Origin: an uncultured Opitutaceae bacterium
GTDB taxonomy: Bacteria > Verrucomicrobiota > Verrucomicrobiia > Opitutales > Opitutaceae
Length of the DNA: 56,967 nt
NCBI GenBank assembly: GCA_937942145.1
Contig: CALDFV010000007.1
Location: 1-56,967, forward strand
Direction of reading: 5' to 3'
The translations under genes and the position numbers were made by a program. Positions 21,320 through 29,785 of this stretch are shown piece by piece (the first letter of the stretch is position 1; every line of letters starts with the position of its first letter). Below the pieces are notes generated by a model. The model was not told where the DNA came from and did not search any database. It saw only the letters and a list, made by a program, of their open reading frames with translations.

Positions 21320-22783
21320 ATGGCAGCACAAGGATTCAATCAAGAACTGAGACAAAAGCAGACGCAGTCTCAAGTCCTTGCCCCTCAACTGCGTCATTCG
21401 CTTAAGATTCTGCAGGTTGCCGCCCAGGATCTGAACATAACGATCCAGGAAGAGCTTCAAACAAATCCGTCGCTGGAAGAAATGCCGATGGATGGAGTAA
21501 GCCTAGACGACGGCGCGTTCAACGGGTCGGATGGCGAGAACTCTGAACAGGAATCCGCTAGCCAGAACGAAGAATTGAAGTTCGACGAAACATTCGAGAT
21601 TCTGAGCAAAATCGACCAAGACTGGCGCGACCACCTGTCCGAGGCCAGCAGCGGTCAGAGCTTCACCTCTGAGGATGCGGAACGTCGCGACCACTTTTTC
21701 GACTCCCTAGTGACCGAGACTTCATTGCAGGAGCACCTTCTTTCCCAAGCGTCTTTATCCGATATCAGCGCCAAGGAGTGCGAAGCGATCGAATACCTTG
21801 TCGGCAGCCTCGACAACAACGGGTTTCTAAACACACCTCTCTCCGATCTCGCCTTAGTTTCCGGCATGTCGCTTGGCGAGATGCAGTCTGCTCACCAAAC
21901 GTTGAAGTCATTCGACCCTCCTGGAATCGGAGCATTCGATCTCCAAGACTGTCTGGCTACGCAACTGGAACTGCAGGGCCTCAGAAACTCGGATGCCTAC
22001 GAGATGGTCCAGAATCATTTTAAGCTTCTCACCCGAAGACGTATTCCCGACATCGCTCGGAAAATGGGGATTAATTCCGATGAGGTTCAAGCGGCTATAG
22101 ACGATATCGCGTTGCTTGACCCCGCTCCCGGTCGCCGCTTTTCCGAGGACACCAATCGATCCGTCCTCCCCGATGTCGTCGTGGAAAGAGATGAGGACAA
22201 GTGGAAGGTGACCCTAAACAGCGACTACATTCCCCGTCTTCGCATCAGTCCTTCCTACAAGGAAATGATCGCCAAGGGACAGCTTTCCCGCCAGGAGAAA
22301 GAGTACATTCAGGAGAAGATGCGATCCGGCAAATTTCTCATCAGCTCGATCGAGCAACGCCAGCAAACGATCGAGCGAATCGCGAACGAGATCGTAAAAA
22401 TACAAGTCGCCTTCCTCGAGGATGGAGTAGCCAAGCTGAAACCTTGCACCATGACCCAGGTCGCTGACGCGGTGGGGGTTCACGAAACGACGGTCAGCCG
22501 GGCGATCGCCAACAAGTACATCCAGACCCCGCACGGGGTCTTCGATATGAAGTTCTTTTTCACCCCCGGCTACAAAGGGGGAGGCGGCGAGGATATCTCC
22601 AATACCAGCGTCAAGGAAATGATTCAGCAATTGGTCTCAAACGAAGAGCCCACCAAGCCATTGAGCGATCAAGGAATCGTCGCCCTTCTCAAAGAGAAGG
22701 AAATCAACATCGCGAGACGTACCGTAGCCAAGTACCGGGAAGAGCTCGGCATCCTGCCGAGTAATCTGAGACGGCAATACTAG
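21320..22783 (+). CDS. rpoN: RNA polymerase sigma-54 factor
   Basis: Q/L-rich region I, VHETTVSRA HTH and RpoN box ARRTVAKYRE. Confidence 0.97.
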   Translation: MAAQGFNQELRQKQTQSQVLAPQLRHSLKILQVAAQDLNITIQEELQTNPSLEEMPMDGVSLDDGAFNGSDGENSEQESASQNEELKFDETFEILSKIDQDWRDHLSEASSGQSFTSEDAERRDHFFDSLVTETSLQEHLLSQASLSDISAKECEAIEYLVGSLDNNGFLNTPLSDLALVSGMSLGEMQSAHQTLKSFDPPGIGAFDLQDCLATQLELQGLRNSDAYEMVQNHFKLLTRRRIPDIARKMGINSDEVQAAIDDIALLDPAPGRRFSEDTNRSVLPDVVVERDEDKWKVTLNSDYIPRLRISPSYKEMIAKGQLSRQEKEYIQEKMRSGKFLISSIEQRQQTIERIANEIVKIQVAFLEDGVAKLKPCTMTQVADAVGVHETTVSRAIANKYIQTPHGVFDMKFFFTPGYKGGGGEDISNTSVKEMIQQLVSNEEPTKPLSDQGIVALLKEKEINIARRTVAKYREELGILPSNLRRQY

Positions 22784-22800
22784 GGACAGCTCAGCAGGAC

Positions 22801-22918
22801 TTAAGTACAGTCCATTAGTATTCTATTTTGCGAGCGACTCCTGAGTGCCTACCCGGTAGATACGGCATTGGGCGCTCAAAAATCGCCCGATACCTAAAAA
22901 TACTGCGGAGATACTTAA
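22801..22918. other. Long imperfect nested inverted repeat (rod-like structure) between convergent rpoN and dsbD
   Basis: Nested pairings TTAAGTA/TACTTAA, TCC/GGA, AGTATT/AATACT, ATTTT..GAGCG/CGCTC.AAAAT, GTGCC/GGCAT and CTAC/GTAG. Confidence 0.55.
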
Positions 22919-22919
22919 T

Positions 22920-25103
22920 TCACTTACTCGCGATCGATGCGGCAGGACTTTCGATCCCCTCTAGCGCATCCAGGACGATTCCCGGGTTCAATAGCTCAGG
23001 CAGGATTTTCGGCGTATCCGATTTTCCATCATACAGGACATACAACGGCACTCCTGAGCGACCAAACTCTTCTAGAGCATCAGTGATAACGGGATTCCGC
23101 TTCGTCCAGTCAGCCTTAACCATCACGAAACCTAATTCATCAAAACGATTTTTTACTTCGTCCGAGGCGAAAACGACCGCCTTATTCGCCTTACAGGTGA
23201 GGCACCACTTGGCAGTGAAATCGATAAAGACGGGTTTTCCTTTCTGTCGAGCCGATGCGACCAGCTCCGGAGAAAAATTTTCCCAGACTACGCCGTACTT
23301 GTCCGGACCACCCGCCTCTTCCGTAGCCACTGCCGATGTCGCTTCTTCAGAAGGCATCAGCATCCATACTCCAATGACAGCGATCACTACCGCGAAAATG
23401 GTCGAAACTCTGCGAGTCGTAACCGGTTTCACTGGCGTCGACCAACGTCCGTAGACCCACGCCCCGATCGCCACAACGAGCAATCCCCCGAGAACCATGA
23501 TAAGTCCGTCGTTACCGACATGAGCCCCCATCAGCCAAATCAGCCAAATACAGGTTGCGAACATCGGGAAGGACATGACCTGTTTGAAAGTCTCCATCCA
23601 CGCGCCCGGACGGGGAAGCTTCTCTATCAGCTTCGGAAAAGACGAGAGAGTCACATAAGGGGCAGCCATTCCTAATGCCAAAAACGTAAACACCGTCATC
23701 GACTGGAAGGCCGACAAGGTAAGGGCAAATCCAAGCGCAGGCCCCATGAAAGGACCGGTGCAGGGCGTCGCGACCGCAGTGGCCAGAACTCCGGAGAAGA
23801 AAGAGCCTCCATACCCCTCTCCTTTGACTTTTCCCGCGAGCCCAATCGCCGAAGTCCCTATTTCAAATACACCCACCAGACTTAGCCCCAGCAGAAACAT
23901 AATCAAAAGCAATGCCCCCACAAAATAGGGTGACTGAAGCTGAAATCCCCAGCCAAGGCTTTCACCACCCGCCCGCAAGGCGATCAACGCGCCCGCCAAT
24001 ACCCAAAAGGACGCCAGCACCCCTCCCGCGAACGTAAGTCCGTGAGCGAAGACCTTCTTATTGTCCTCTCCCGACTGCTGAACGAAGCCGAGCACCTTTA
24101 TGGATAAGATCGGGAACACGCAGGGCATCAAATTGAGTATCATTCCGCCGACAAACGCGAACAAGAGGGCTTGAGCAAAACCGATAGTCGATTCCCCGCC
24201 GCTTGCGTAAGCCGTGTTTGCGTCCGCCGCCGGCTTGATCGCCGAATCCAGAAAAATCGCCTTCGCATCGCCAGCAGCCGCAAAGCCCGCCTCGTAGGAA
24301 AGCACCCCCGAAAGCCGATCGACTGAACCTTCATAGTATTCCGACTTCTGCATCGACACGATGAGGGTCGAATCAGTAAGGGCGAAGTTCTGGGCCGCGG
24401 CTGAATTGATCAAACCTTCTTCCTCCGGATAGAAATAGAGGGATTTGGTGTCGATCCCATTGAAACCCGCCCAATCGATGCTAGCCGAGATCGTGGATTC
24501 GAGCGCTTCGAAAGTAAGCACTGCCCCGTCGGGCGTTTTCGGGAGGTTTGCCCGCGCCGCCGCCAAAGCGTCTCCCCACTGCGAAGGCTCAGCCGATTCG
24601 CCAGACACCGGCAATTCCAGAGCGAGCTTCGCCCCTCCCGGGATACACATCTGCTCACAAGCCAGCCAACTGGCATCGGCATTGAGTAATAAAGTCTGCC
24701 CCACCTCGAAATCCTCCGGAATCGTGACCTTCGCCAGAAAGAACACCTGCCCCTCATAGCCGTACGAGACAAAATCGGGTGGTGTAATGATCTTCTCAGG
24801 AGTCGGAAACTCCAGTTCGCCTACCTCTATTCCATCCGGAGTCTCCCAATCAATCGACGGCGCTAACCCCGTATCCCCTGGGTTTTTCCAATAAACGTGC
24901 CAATGCGGGTCCAGCTGGAGGCGCAGCGCCGCATCGAAGGTCTGCCCAGGTTGCACAGCTGTGACTCCCGATACGAGCTCGGCAATCGCCTGCTCCGTAT
25001 CAACCGTACCCTTCTGGTAGTCCTGTCCGTAGCTCAAGAGGGGCATTACCCCGCAGATGAGCGCGAAAAGCTTGAGAACATTCCGTTTTCTATACATAAT
25101 CAT
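22920..25103 (-). CDS. dsbD: Thiol:disulfide interchange protein (DsbD/ScsB-like)
   Basis: N-domain HVYWKNPGDTG with CEQMC, TM domain LNLMPCVFP and ATPCTGP, thioredoxin domain WCLTC. Confidence 0.9.
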   Translation of the reverse strand: MIMYRKRNVLKLFALICGVMPLLSYGQDYQKGTVDTEQAIAELVSGVTAVQPGQTFDAALRLQLDPHWHVYWKNPGDTGLAPSIDWETPDGIEVGELEFPTPEKIITPPDFVSYGYEGQVFFLAKVTIPEDFEVGQTLLLNADASWLACEQMCIPGGAKLALELPVSGESAEPSQWGDALAAARANLPKTPDGAVLTFEALESTISASIDWAGFNGIDTKSLYFYPEEEGLINSAAAQNFALTDSTLIVSMQKSEYYEGSVDRLSGVLSYEAGFAAAGDAKAIFLDSAIKPAADANTAYASGGESTIGFAQALLFAFVGGMILNLMPCVFPILSIKVLGFVQQSGEDNKKVFAHGLTFAGGVLASFWVLAGALIALRAGGESLGWGFQLQSPYFVGALLLIMFLLGLSLVGVFEIGTSAIGLAGKVKGEGYGGSFFSGVLATAVATPCTGPFMGPALGFALTLSAFQSMTVFTFLALGMAAPYVTLSSFPKLIEKLPRPGAWMETFKQVMSFPMFATCIWLIWLMGAHVGNDGLIMVLGGLLVVAIGAWVYGRWSTPVKPVTTRRVSTIFAVVIAVIGVWMLMPSEEATSAVATEEAGGPDKYGVVWENFSPELVASARQKGKPVFIDFTAKWCLTCKANKAVVFASDEVKNRFDELGFVMVKADWTKRNPVITDALEEFGRSGVPLYVLYDGKSDTPKILPELLNPGIVLDALEGIESPAASIASK

Positions 25104-25158
25104 CTCTTACTTTGAAGGCGTTCTAGCGCTTATTCGTACACTAATCCACTCTGTATTC

Positions 25159-25251
25159 ATGCTTTTCAAAACAACCAAGCAGGAGAGGAAAATCCTGACA
25201 CTGCTCGCTCTCCTTGTAATTTTAGGGCTAATCGGACTGGCGCTTTTTTAA
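25159..25251 (+). CDS. Putative 30-aa single-TM small protein
   Basis: MLFKTTKQERKILTLLALLVILGLIGLALF*: basic N-terminus and an uninterrupted 19-residue hydrophobic helix, divergent from dsbD. Confidence 0.55.
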   Translation: MLFKTTKQERKILTLLALLVILGLIGLALF

Positions 25252-25469
25252 GACGCTGGACTCGGTAGGACTCCTTTTCAAAACGTAGCCAATATACTCC
25301 TGATTGCGATTCGCGCAGGATTGGATTCGTAACGATTCAGTCATAGGCTCTGATATCCCTGTAGAATTTAACTGGAATAATCGACCGATGTTTCCCAAAT
25401 AAAGGCTGACATTGCTCAAAGTTCGTTTCATCAACGCACTCCCTGTAATTCAGCTAATCCCAATTTTTT

Positions 25470-26657
25470 ATGATTATTCGTCCCAAAGTAAGAGGTTTCG
25501 TCTGCGTCACAGCTCACCCAACTGGCTGTGCCGCCAATGTCCAGGAGCAGATTGACTATGTCAAAAGCCAGTCCCCTGTCGAAAATGGGCCCAAAAATGT
25601 TCTCATAGTCGGGGCATCAACCGGATACGGCCTCGCATCCCGCATTGCGGCCGCCTTCGGATGCGGCGCCAACACCCTTGGAATCTATTTCGAGCGCCCT
25701 TCGGAGCGAGGACGAACCGCCACACCGGGCTGGTACAATTCAGTCGCCCTGGAAAAAGCGGCCAAAGCAGACGGCCTCTATGCCAGTAGCATCAACGGCG
25801 ACGCCTTTTCAAACGAAATCAAGGAGCAAGCCATCGAACGAATAAAGTCGGACATGGGGAAAATTGACCTCGTGATCTACTCGCTCGCCTCGCCTCGCCG
25901 CACCGATCCGAAAACAGGTGAAACCTATCGTTCCGCCCTCAAGCCGATCGGGGCAGACTACTCGAACAAATATTTGGATACCGACAAAAGGTCGATCCAG
26001 GAAGCGACCGTGGAGGCTGCTACCGATGAGGATATACAAAACACTGTCAAAGTGATGGGGGGCGAGGACTGGGAATTGTGGATACAGGCCCTCAAGGACG
26101 CCGACCTGCTCTCCGAAGGCTTTAAGACAGTAGCCTACGACTACATCGGACCCAAGGTAACTTGGCCTATCTACAAGGACGGCACCATCGGGCAGGCCAA
26201 AGTCGATCTCCGTCGGGCCAAGGCAGCGATTAATGAATCTGTCAGTGACTTAGGCGGTGAAGCCCATGTCTCGGTAAACAAAGCCGTCGTGACCCAAGCG
26301 AGCTCCGCCATCCCAGGGGTCAATCTCTACATCACTATTCTCTTCAAGATCATGAAGGAGCTCGGCGGCCACGAGGGCTGCATCGAGCAAATGCAACGGC
26401 TGTTTTCCGATCGTCTCTACAACCAAGGTGGCAACGTCCCCCTCGACGAGCTTGGTCTCATCCGCATGGACGACTGGGAGATGGAGGACAAGATACAAGA
26501 CGCAGTCACTAAAGTATGGCCCCTCGTTTCCACTGAAAATCTGGAGGAGCTGACGGACTTCGAAGGATACCAGACCGATTTTCTCAGGCTCTTCGGTTTC
26601 GGCATAAAAGGTGTGGACTACGAAGCAGAGGTCGAGCCAGAGGTGGATTTCGGCTGA
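25470..26657 (+). CDS. fabV: Enoyl-ACP / trans-2-enoyl-CoA reductase FabV
   Basis: MIIRPKVRGFVCVTAHPTGC, GASTGYGLASR, YSLASPRR and YKDGTIGQAK motifs. Confidence 0.95.
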   Translation: MIIRPKVRGFVCVTAHPTGCAANVQEQIDYVKSQSPVENGPKNVLIVGASTGYGLASRIAAAFGCGANTLGIYFERPSERGRTATPGWYNSVALEKAAKADGLYASSINGDAFSNEIKEQAIERIKSDMGKIDLVIYSLASPRRTDPKTGETYRSALKPIGADYSNKYLDTDKRSIQEATVEAATDEDIQNTVKVMGGEDWELWIQALKDADLLSEGFKTVAYDYIGPKVTWPIYKDGTIGQAKVDLRRAKAAINESVSDLGGEAHVSVNKAVVTQASSAIPGVNLYITILFKIMKELGGHEGCIEQMQRLFSDRLYNQGGNVPLDELGLIRMDDWEMEDKIQDAVTKVWPLVSTENLEELTDFEGYQTDFLRLFGFGIKGVDYEAEVEPEVDFG

Positions 26658-26719
26658 GCCGGAACAACGTCCCGCCCCCACGGTCTCCCGCCAATCAAAC
26701 TAAAAGTCCTCTAGCCGCA

Positions 26720-27403
26720 TTGAAACACCGTGAAGAAGGCTACACTCTTTTAAGCGGGAAAGGCATTGAAATCGGAGCCTTCGGAGAACCGGCTAAGCTT
26801 CCAAGCTCCTGCCAGGTTTCCTATTTCGACGCCATTGATCCGAAAACCGCATCCGCGCGTTTCCCCGAAATTCAAAGCAGCGAATTGGTTCCCGTCGACA
26901 TCCTTGGGGATGTGGACAAGCGCGACCTGCGCAAGCTGACGGCCAGCAGCCAGGATTTCGTCATTGCCAACCACGTCATCGAGCATGTCGCCTGCCCGAT
27001 TGCCATGATTGAAGACATGTTCTATGTTCTTCGAACCGGCGGCTGGATCGCCATCGCGGCTCCGGACAAACGCTACACCTTTGACAAGGAGCGCCCGCTA
27101 ACCAGTTACGAACATCTGGAAACCGAGTACATAAACGGTGTAGACGAAGTCGACGATGAACACTACCTGGACTTCCTTCGACATGTCGGCAAACACGTAT
27201 TCGAGGAACCGGGACGCGACATCAAAGGCGACATCGCATTCGCCCGCTCGCGTCGCGAGCATGCTCACGTCTGGGACAGCCATACTTTTTGGGAATTCCT
27301 TATGGCTTGCAAAAAAACCCTCGGGATTGAGTTCCAAATCGAATTCCAATCCACCGGTGAGGAAAACGGGATCGAGTTCTTCGCCATTCTCAGAAAGCTC
27401 TAA
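26720..27403 (+). CDS. Class I SAM-dependent methyltransferase-like protein
   Basis: GIEIGA motif I and DFVIANHVIEH...LRTGG...PDKRYTFD; TTG start. Confidence 0.75.
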   Translation: MKHREEGYTLLSGKGIEIGAFGEPAKLPSSCQVSYFDAIDPKTASARFPEIQSSELVPVDILGDVDKRDLRKLTASSQDFVIANHVIEHVACPIAMIEDMFYVLRTGGWIAIAAPDKRYTFDKERPLTSYEHLETEYINGVDEVDDEHYLDFLRHVGKHVFEEPGRDIKGDIAFARSRREHAHVWDSHTFWEFLMACKKTLGIEFQIEFQSTGEENGIEFFAILRKL

Positions 27404-27405
27404 TC

Positions 27406-27858
27406 GTGAAAGCGGTCGTCCAACGAGTAGCCGAAGCCTCCGTGTCAATCGACGGTAAAGTGCACGCATCGATTGGCCGAGGGCTGCTTGTTTTCCTAGG
27501 GATACACAAACTGGATACGAACGAAGATATCGAATGGATGGTCCGGAAGATCTCCCATTTACGCGTGTTCGCAGACGACAACCAGCAAATGAACCGCGGT
27601 CTAAAATCGATCCAAGGTGAATTGCTGATCGTAAGCCAGTTCACTCTGATCGCCTCCACCAAGAAAGGAAACCGACCCTCCTTCAACGACGCAGCAGATC
27701 CCCAAAAAGGAAAAGCCTTCTGCGAAGACGTCGTCCAAGCACTCAGCGCAACGCTTAGCTACCCGGTAAAGACCGGCGTTTTTGCCGCCAACATGCAAGT
27801 CTCGCTCGTAAACGACGGCCCCGTCACCATCGCCTTCGATACGAGAAATCGAGAATAG
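27406..27858 (+). CDS. dtd: D-aminoacyl-tRNA deacylase
   Basis: QRVAEASV, SQFTL and NDGPVT motifs. Confidence 0.96.
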   Translation: MKAVVQRVAEASVSIDGKVHASIGRGLLVFLGIHKLDTNEDIEWMVRKISHLRVFADDNQQMNRGLKSIQGELLIVSQFTLIASTKKGNRPSFNDAADPQKGKAFCEDVVQALSATLSYPVKTGVFAANMQVSLVNDGPVTIAFDTRNRE

Positions 27859-27913
27859 CAGGCGGTCGGTCTTTTCTCGATGCCCCCAAGACCGGACGTT
27901 CAACCTAAAAATT

Positions 27914-28618
27914 TCAGTCTAGGTTTTCTTTGAATTCCTCCAAACACTGATTCAGGGATTTACCTTCTTTGTGAATGCACTCACAAAATTCCATACACGC
28001 TCTTTCATCTTCCCCATCGCATTGAGCTAGGCAGTCAGAAAATGTGTTTCTCGGCATTATCGCGTATAAGACTTGGGCATGAAGCGCTGTTAGAACGATA
28101 ACCGCAATAACACCGGCAAAAAACTTCACCGGGACCTTTTTCGTCAATTCGCTTTTTTGAGGTAGATCTGAGTCTGAATCGTAAAAGGGGAACACATTTT
28201 TGAATTTATGATAGTCCCAACATAGTAAATACAAAACAGCACACACCATCAACGGGGAAGTGATTAGGGATCCATCAAATCTAACCGAGAGGGATAAAAT
28301 GCAGATATTTAAGATTATCGGGAAATATATAAGAGCTCCCATTGTTGCGGTCCGCGGGATGAGCAGGAGGATGGCGGCCAAAACCTGCATTACCCCGACA
28401 AATGTGTAGTAATAACCCGTATGATAAAGGGCTTCCAAGAAATTCCCCATTGGGTGGTTCACAGCGAGTACGGTAAACCTTTCTCCGAAAATCTTTTGCA
28501 ATCCAGAGGGAATAAATCCTGCAGCAAGAGCGATACGGCAAAATATCGAAAAGTAGTGAAGCCACTCATTTTTCCTAGCTTGGTAGTGGAGCCTGTTCAG
28601 TGTCTTTCCGAGTCCCAT
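27914..28618 (-). CDS. DoxX-like membrane protein with a Cys-rich C-terminal domain
   Basis: RIALAAGFIPSGLQK and FVGVMQVLAAILLLIPRT, five TM segments, six Cys in the C-terminal tail; AT-richer than its neighbours. Confidence 0.75.
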   Translation of the reverse strand: MGLGKTLNRLHYQARKNEWLHYFSIFCRIALAAGFIPSGLQKIFGERFTVLAVNHPMGNFLEALYHTGYYYTFVGVMQVLAAILLLIPRTATMGALIYFPIILNICILSLSVRFDGSLITSPLMVCAVLYLLCWDYHKFKNVFPFYDSDSDLPQKSELTKKVPVKFFAGVIAVIVLTALHAQVLYAIMPRNTFSDCLAQCDGEDERACMEFCECIHKEGKSLNQCLEEFKENLD

Positions 28619-28773
28619 TTGAGATCAATTCCTTTCATTACGACGCTGAATCACACAGGGTTCGAAACGTAGCAGGTTTGCCTGCTTAGGGGCAAGTCTA
28701 ATCATATTTGTAACCACATACTCGTGACATTAACCGAATTTCATAATTGGTGCCACAAAAGCGATTACGGCAA

Positions 28774-28914
28774 TCATCGAAGTGGCTCGATGTCCGATAG
28801 AAGACTGTCATTGGAGTAGAGTTCTATTCCTTCTTCATTGAATTCGTAAAACGCTTTTCCAGCATCCAAATCCCTAGTCGCTTCTTCGAGTGTGACAACA
28901 GCTTGGATTTCCAT
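28774..28914 (-). pseudogene. Truncated ParE/RelE-like toxin
   Basis: MEIQAVVTLEEATRDLDAGKAFYEFNEEGIELYSNDSLLSDIEPLR* (46 aa) resembles the N-terminal half of ParE-like toxins; TGATG overlap with the upstream antitoxin; second half missing. Confidence 0.7.
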
Positions 28915-29093
28915 CAGCGATACCGCGCTCGAAGCTGTTCAATCGTCAAATACTTGGTTTCGGCAGAATCCATCATTTGCTTCCGTTCATTTAGAATCGT
29001 CTCGTGCCAAGAAGGAGATTCCGGCTCGGCCTCCTCGTGACAGAGCGAGTCCCAGATGCGCTCCATCGTCCTAAGTCGTACACGGATAGTCAT
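28914..29093 (-). CDS. Putative addiction module antitoxin (TIGR02574-like), possibly with a decayed start
   Basis: MTIRVRLRTMERIWDSLCHEEAEPESPSWHETILNERKQMMDSAETKYLTIEQLRARYR* with the WDSL...SPxWH...L.ER signature. In-frame ACG-S-I-R-D-I-K-K at 29117 may be the original start. Confidence 0.8.
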   Translation of the reverse strand: MTIRVRLRTMERIWDSLCHEEAEPESPSWHETILNERKQMMDSAETKYLTIEQLRARYR

Positions 29094-29169
29094 CTTTTTG
29101 ATATCCCGGATACTCGTAACGTCAAAAGTAGAGTTTTTAGCTCGGGAGGCAAGCTAGCCTCTTCTCTCT

Positions 29170-29249
29170 ATTAATGCAGAACCACCCACTAGCGAGTGCC
29201 CCTCTTACTTGGAGCCAGAACGAGTTCAAAATGAACCGTCTTGTTAAAT
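29170..29249 (+). mobile_element. Degenerate attC-like site (right end preserved)
   Basis: Ends in TGAACCGTCTT-GTTAAAT, a GTTRRRY core at 29243-29249; left arm not clearly complementary. Confidence 0.35.
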
Positions 29250-29456
29250 ACGCGAAAATAGAAAACTGGGCCTTCCATGGGCGCGGTTTATGCTTAATCG
29301 AGACTGGCCGACGAAATGCCGGTCCTAGGAAAACAACACGAACATGATAAAGGGAATGGGAGTAAGAAACGTCCTGTTTGGTGGCACGGCCACTATTCGG
29401 GACCCAAGAACAAGAACGCTGACTCGTCCGAGAAAGCGCTGAAAAAGAAAACAAAC

Positions 29457-29483
29457 GGGGGGAGGCGCAAGCCTCCCCCTTTT
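29457..29483 (+). terminator. Intrinsic terminator-like hairpin
   Basis: GGGGGAGGC-GCAA-GCCTCCCCC perfect 9-bp stem, GNRA loop, TTTT downstream and an A-rich tract upstream. Confidence 0.75.
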
Positions 29484-29486
29484 AGC

Positions 29487-29578
29487 CTCTAACGCTGAAG
29501 CTTAGCGAACCGGCATGACAATTTTTAGTCTAAGATCACCAGGTCGACGACCCAGCCTAAGATTTTAGAGTATTTGTC
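29487..29578 (+). mobile_element. Truncated attC-like site (left end plus internal hairpin)
   Basis: CTCTAAC-GCTGAAGCTTAGCGAACCGGC, then nested stem GACAA..TCTAAGATC..GGTC/GACC..GATTTTAGA..TTGTC; no closing GTT arm found. Confidence 0.35.
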
Positions 29579-29645
29579 TTCTAGAAAGTTTCAAGGACAC
29601 GGCCCTATTAAAACCATGCTTAAGCAATGGTCTGCCACGATCGTT

Positions 29646-29673
29646 CTTTGTGTCTTTTGTGCCTCTTTGTGGC
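29646..29673 (+). repeat. Three TTTGTG units at 9-10-nt spacing
   Basis: CTTTGTGTC-TTTTGTGCC-TCTTTGTGGC. Confidence 0.6.
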
Positions 29674-29705
29674 TATCGATCTCTTGAGCGCACCCGTCCC
29701 ATAGG

Positions 29706-29736
29706 AAACGCGGCATAGCGTAAGCGCTAGCCCTAC
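29706..29736 (-). repeat. GTAG REP-like palindrome (copy B)
   Basis: GTAG-GGC-TAGCG-CTTA-CGCTA-T-GCC-GCGTTT; 25/31 identical to 20664-20694, with compensatory stem changes. Confidence 0.75.
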
Positions 29737-29785
29737 CTTTGCAGTCTGCCAGAGAAAAACGACTCTGGATAGGGACAAATCCCTA

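Noticed and set aside
22828-23454. 208-aa plus-strand ORF
   Set aside because: Antisense to the dsbD thioredoxin domain.
29137-29454. 105-aa minus-strand ORF in the accessory patch
   Set aside because: TTG start, no motifs, and it crosses the attC-like junction.
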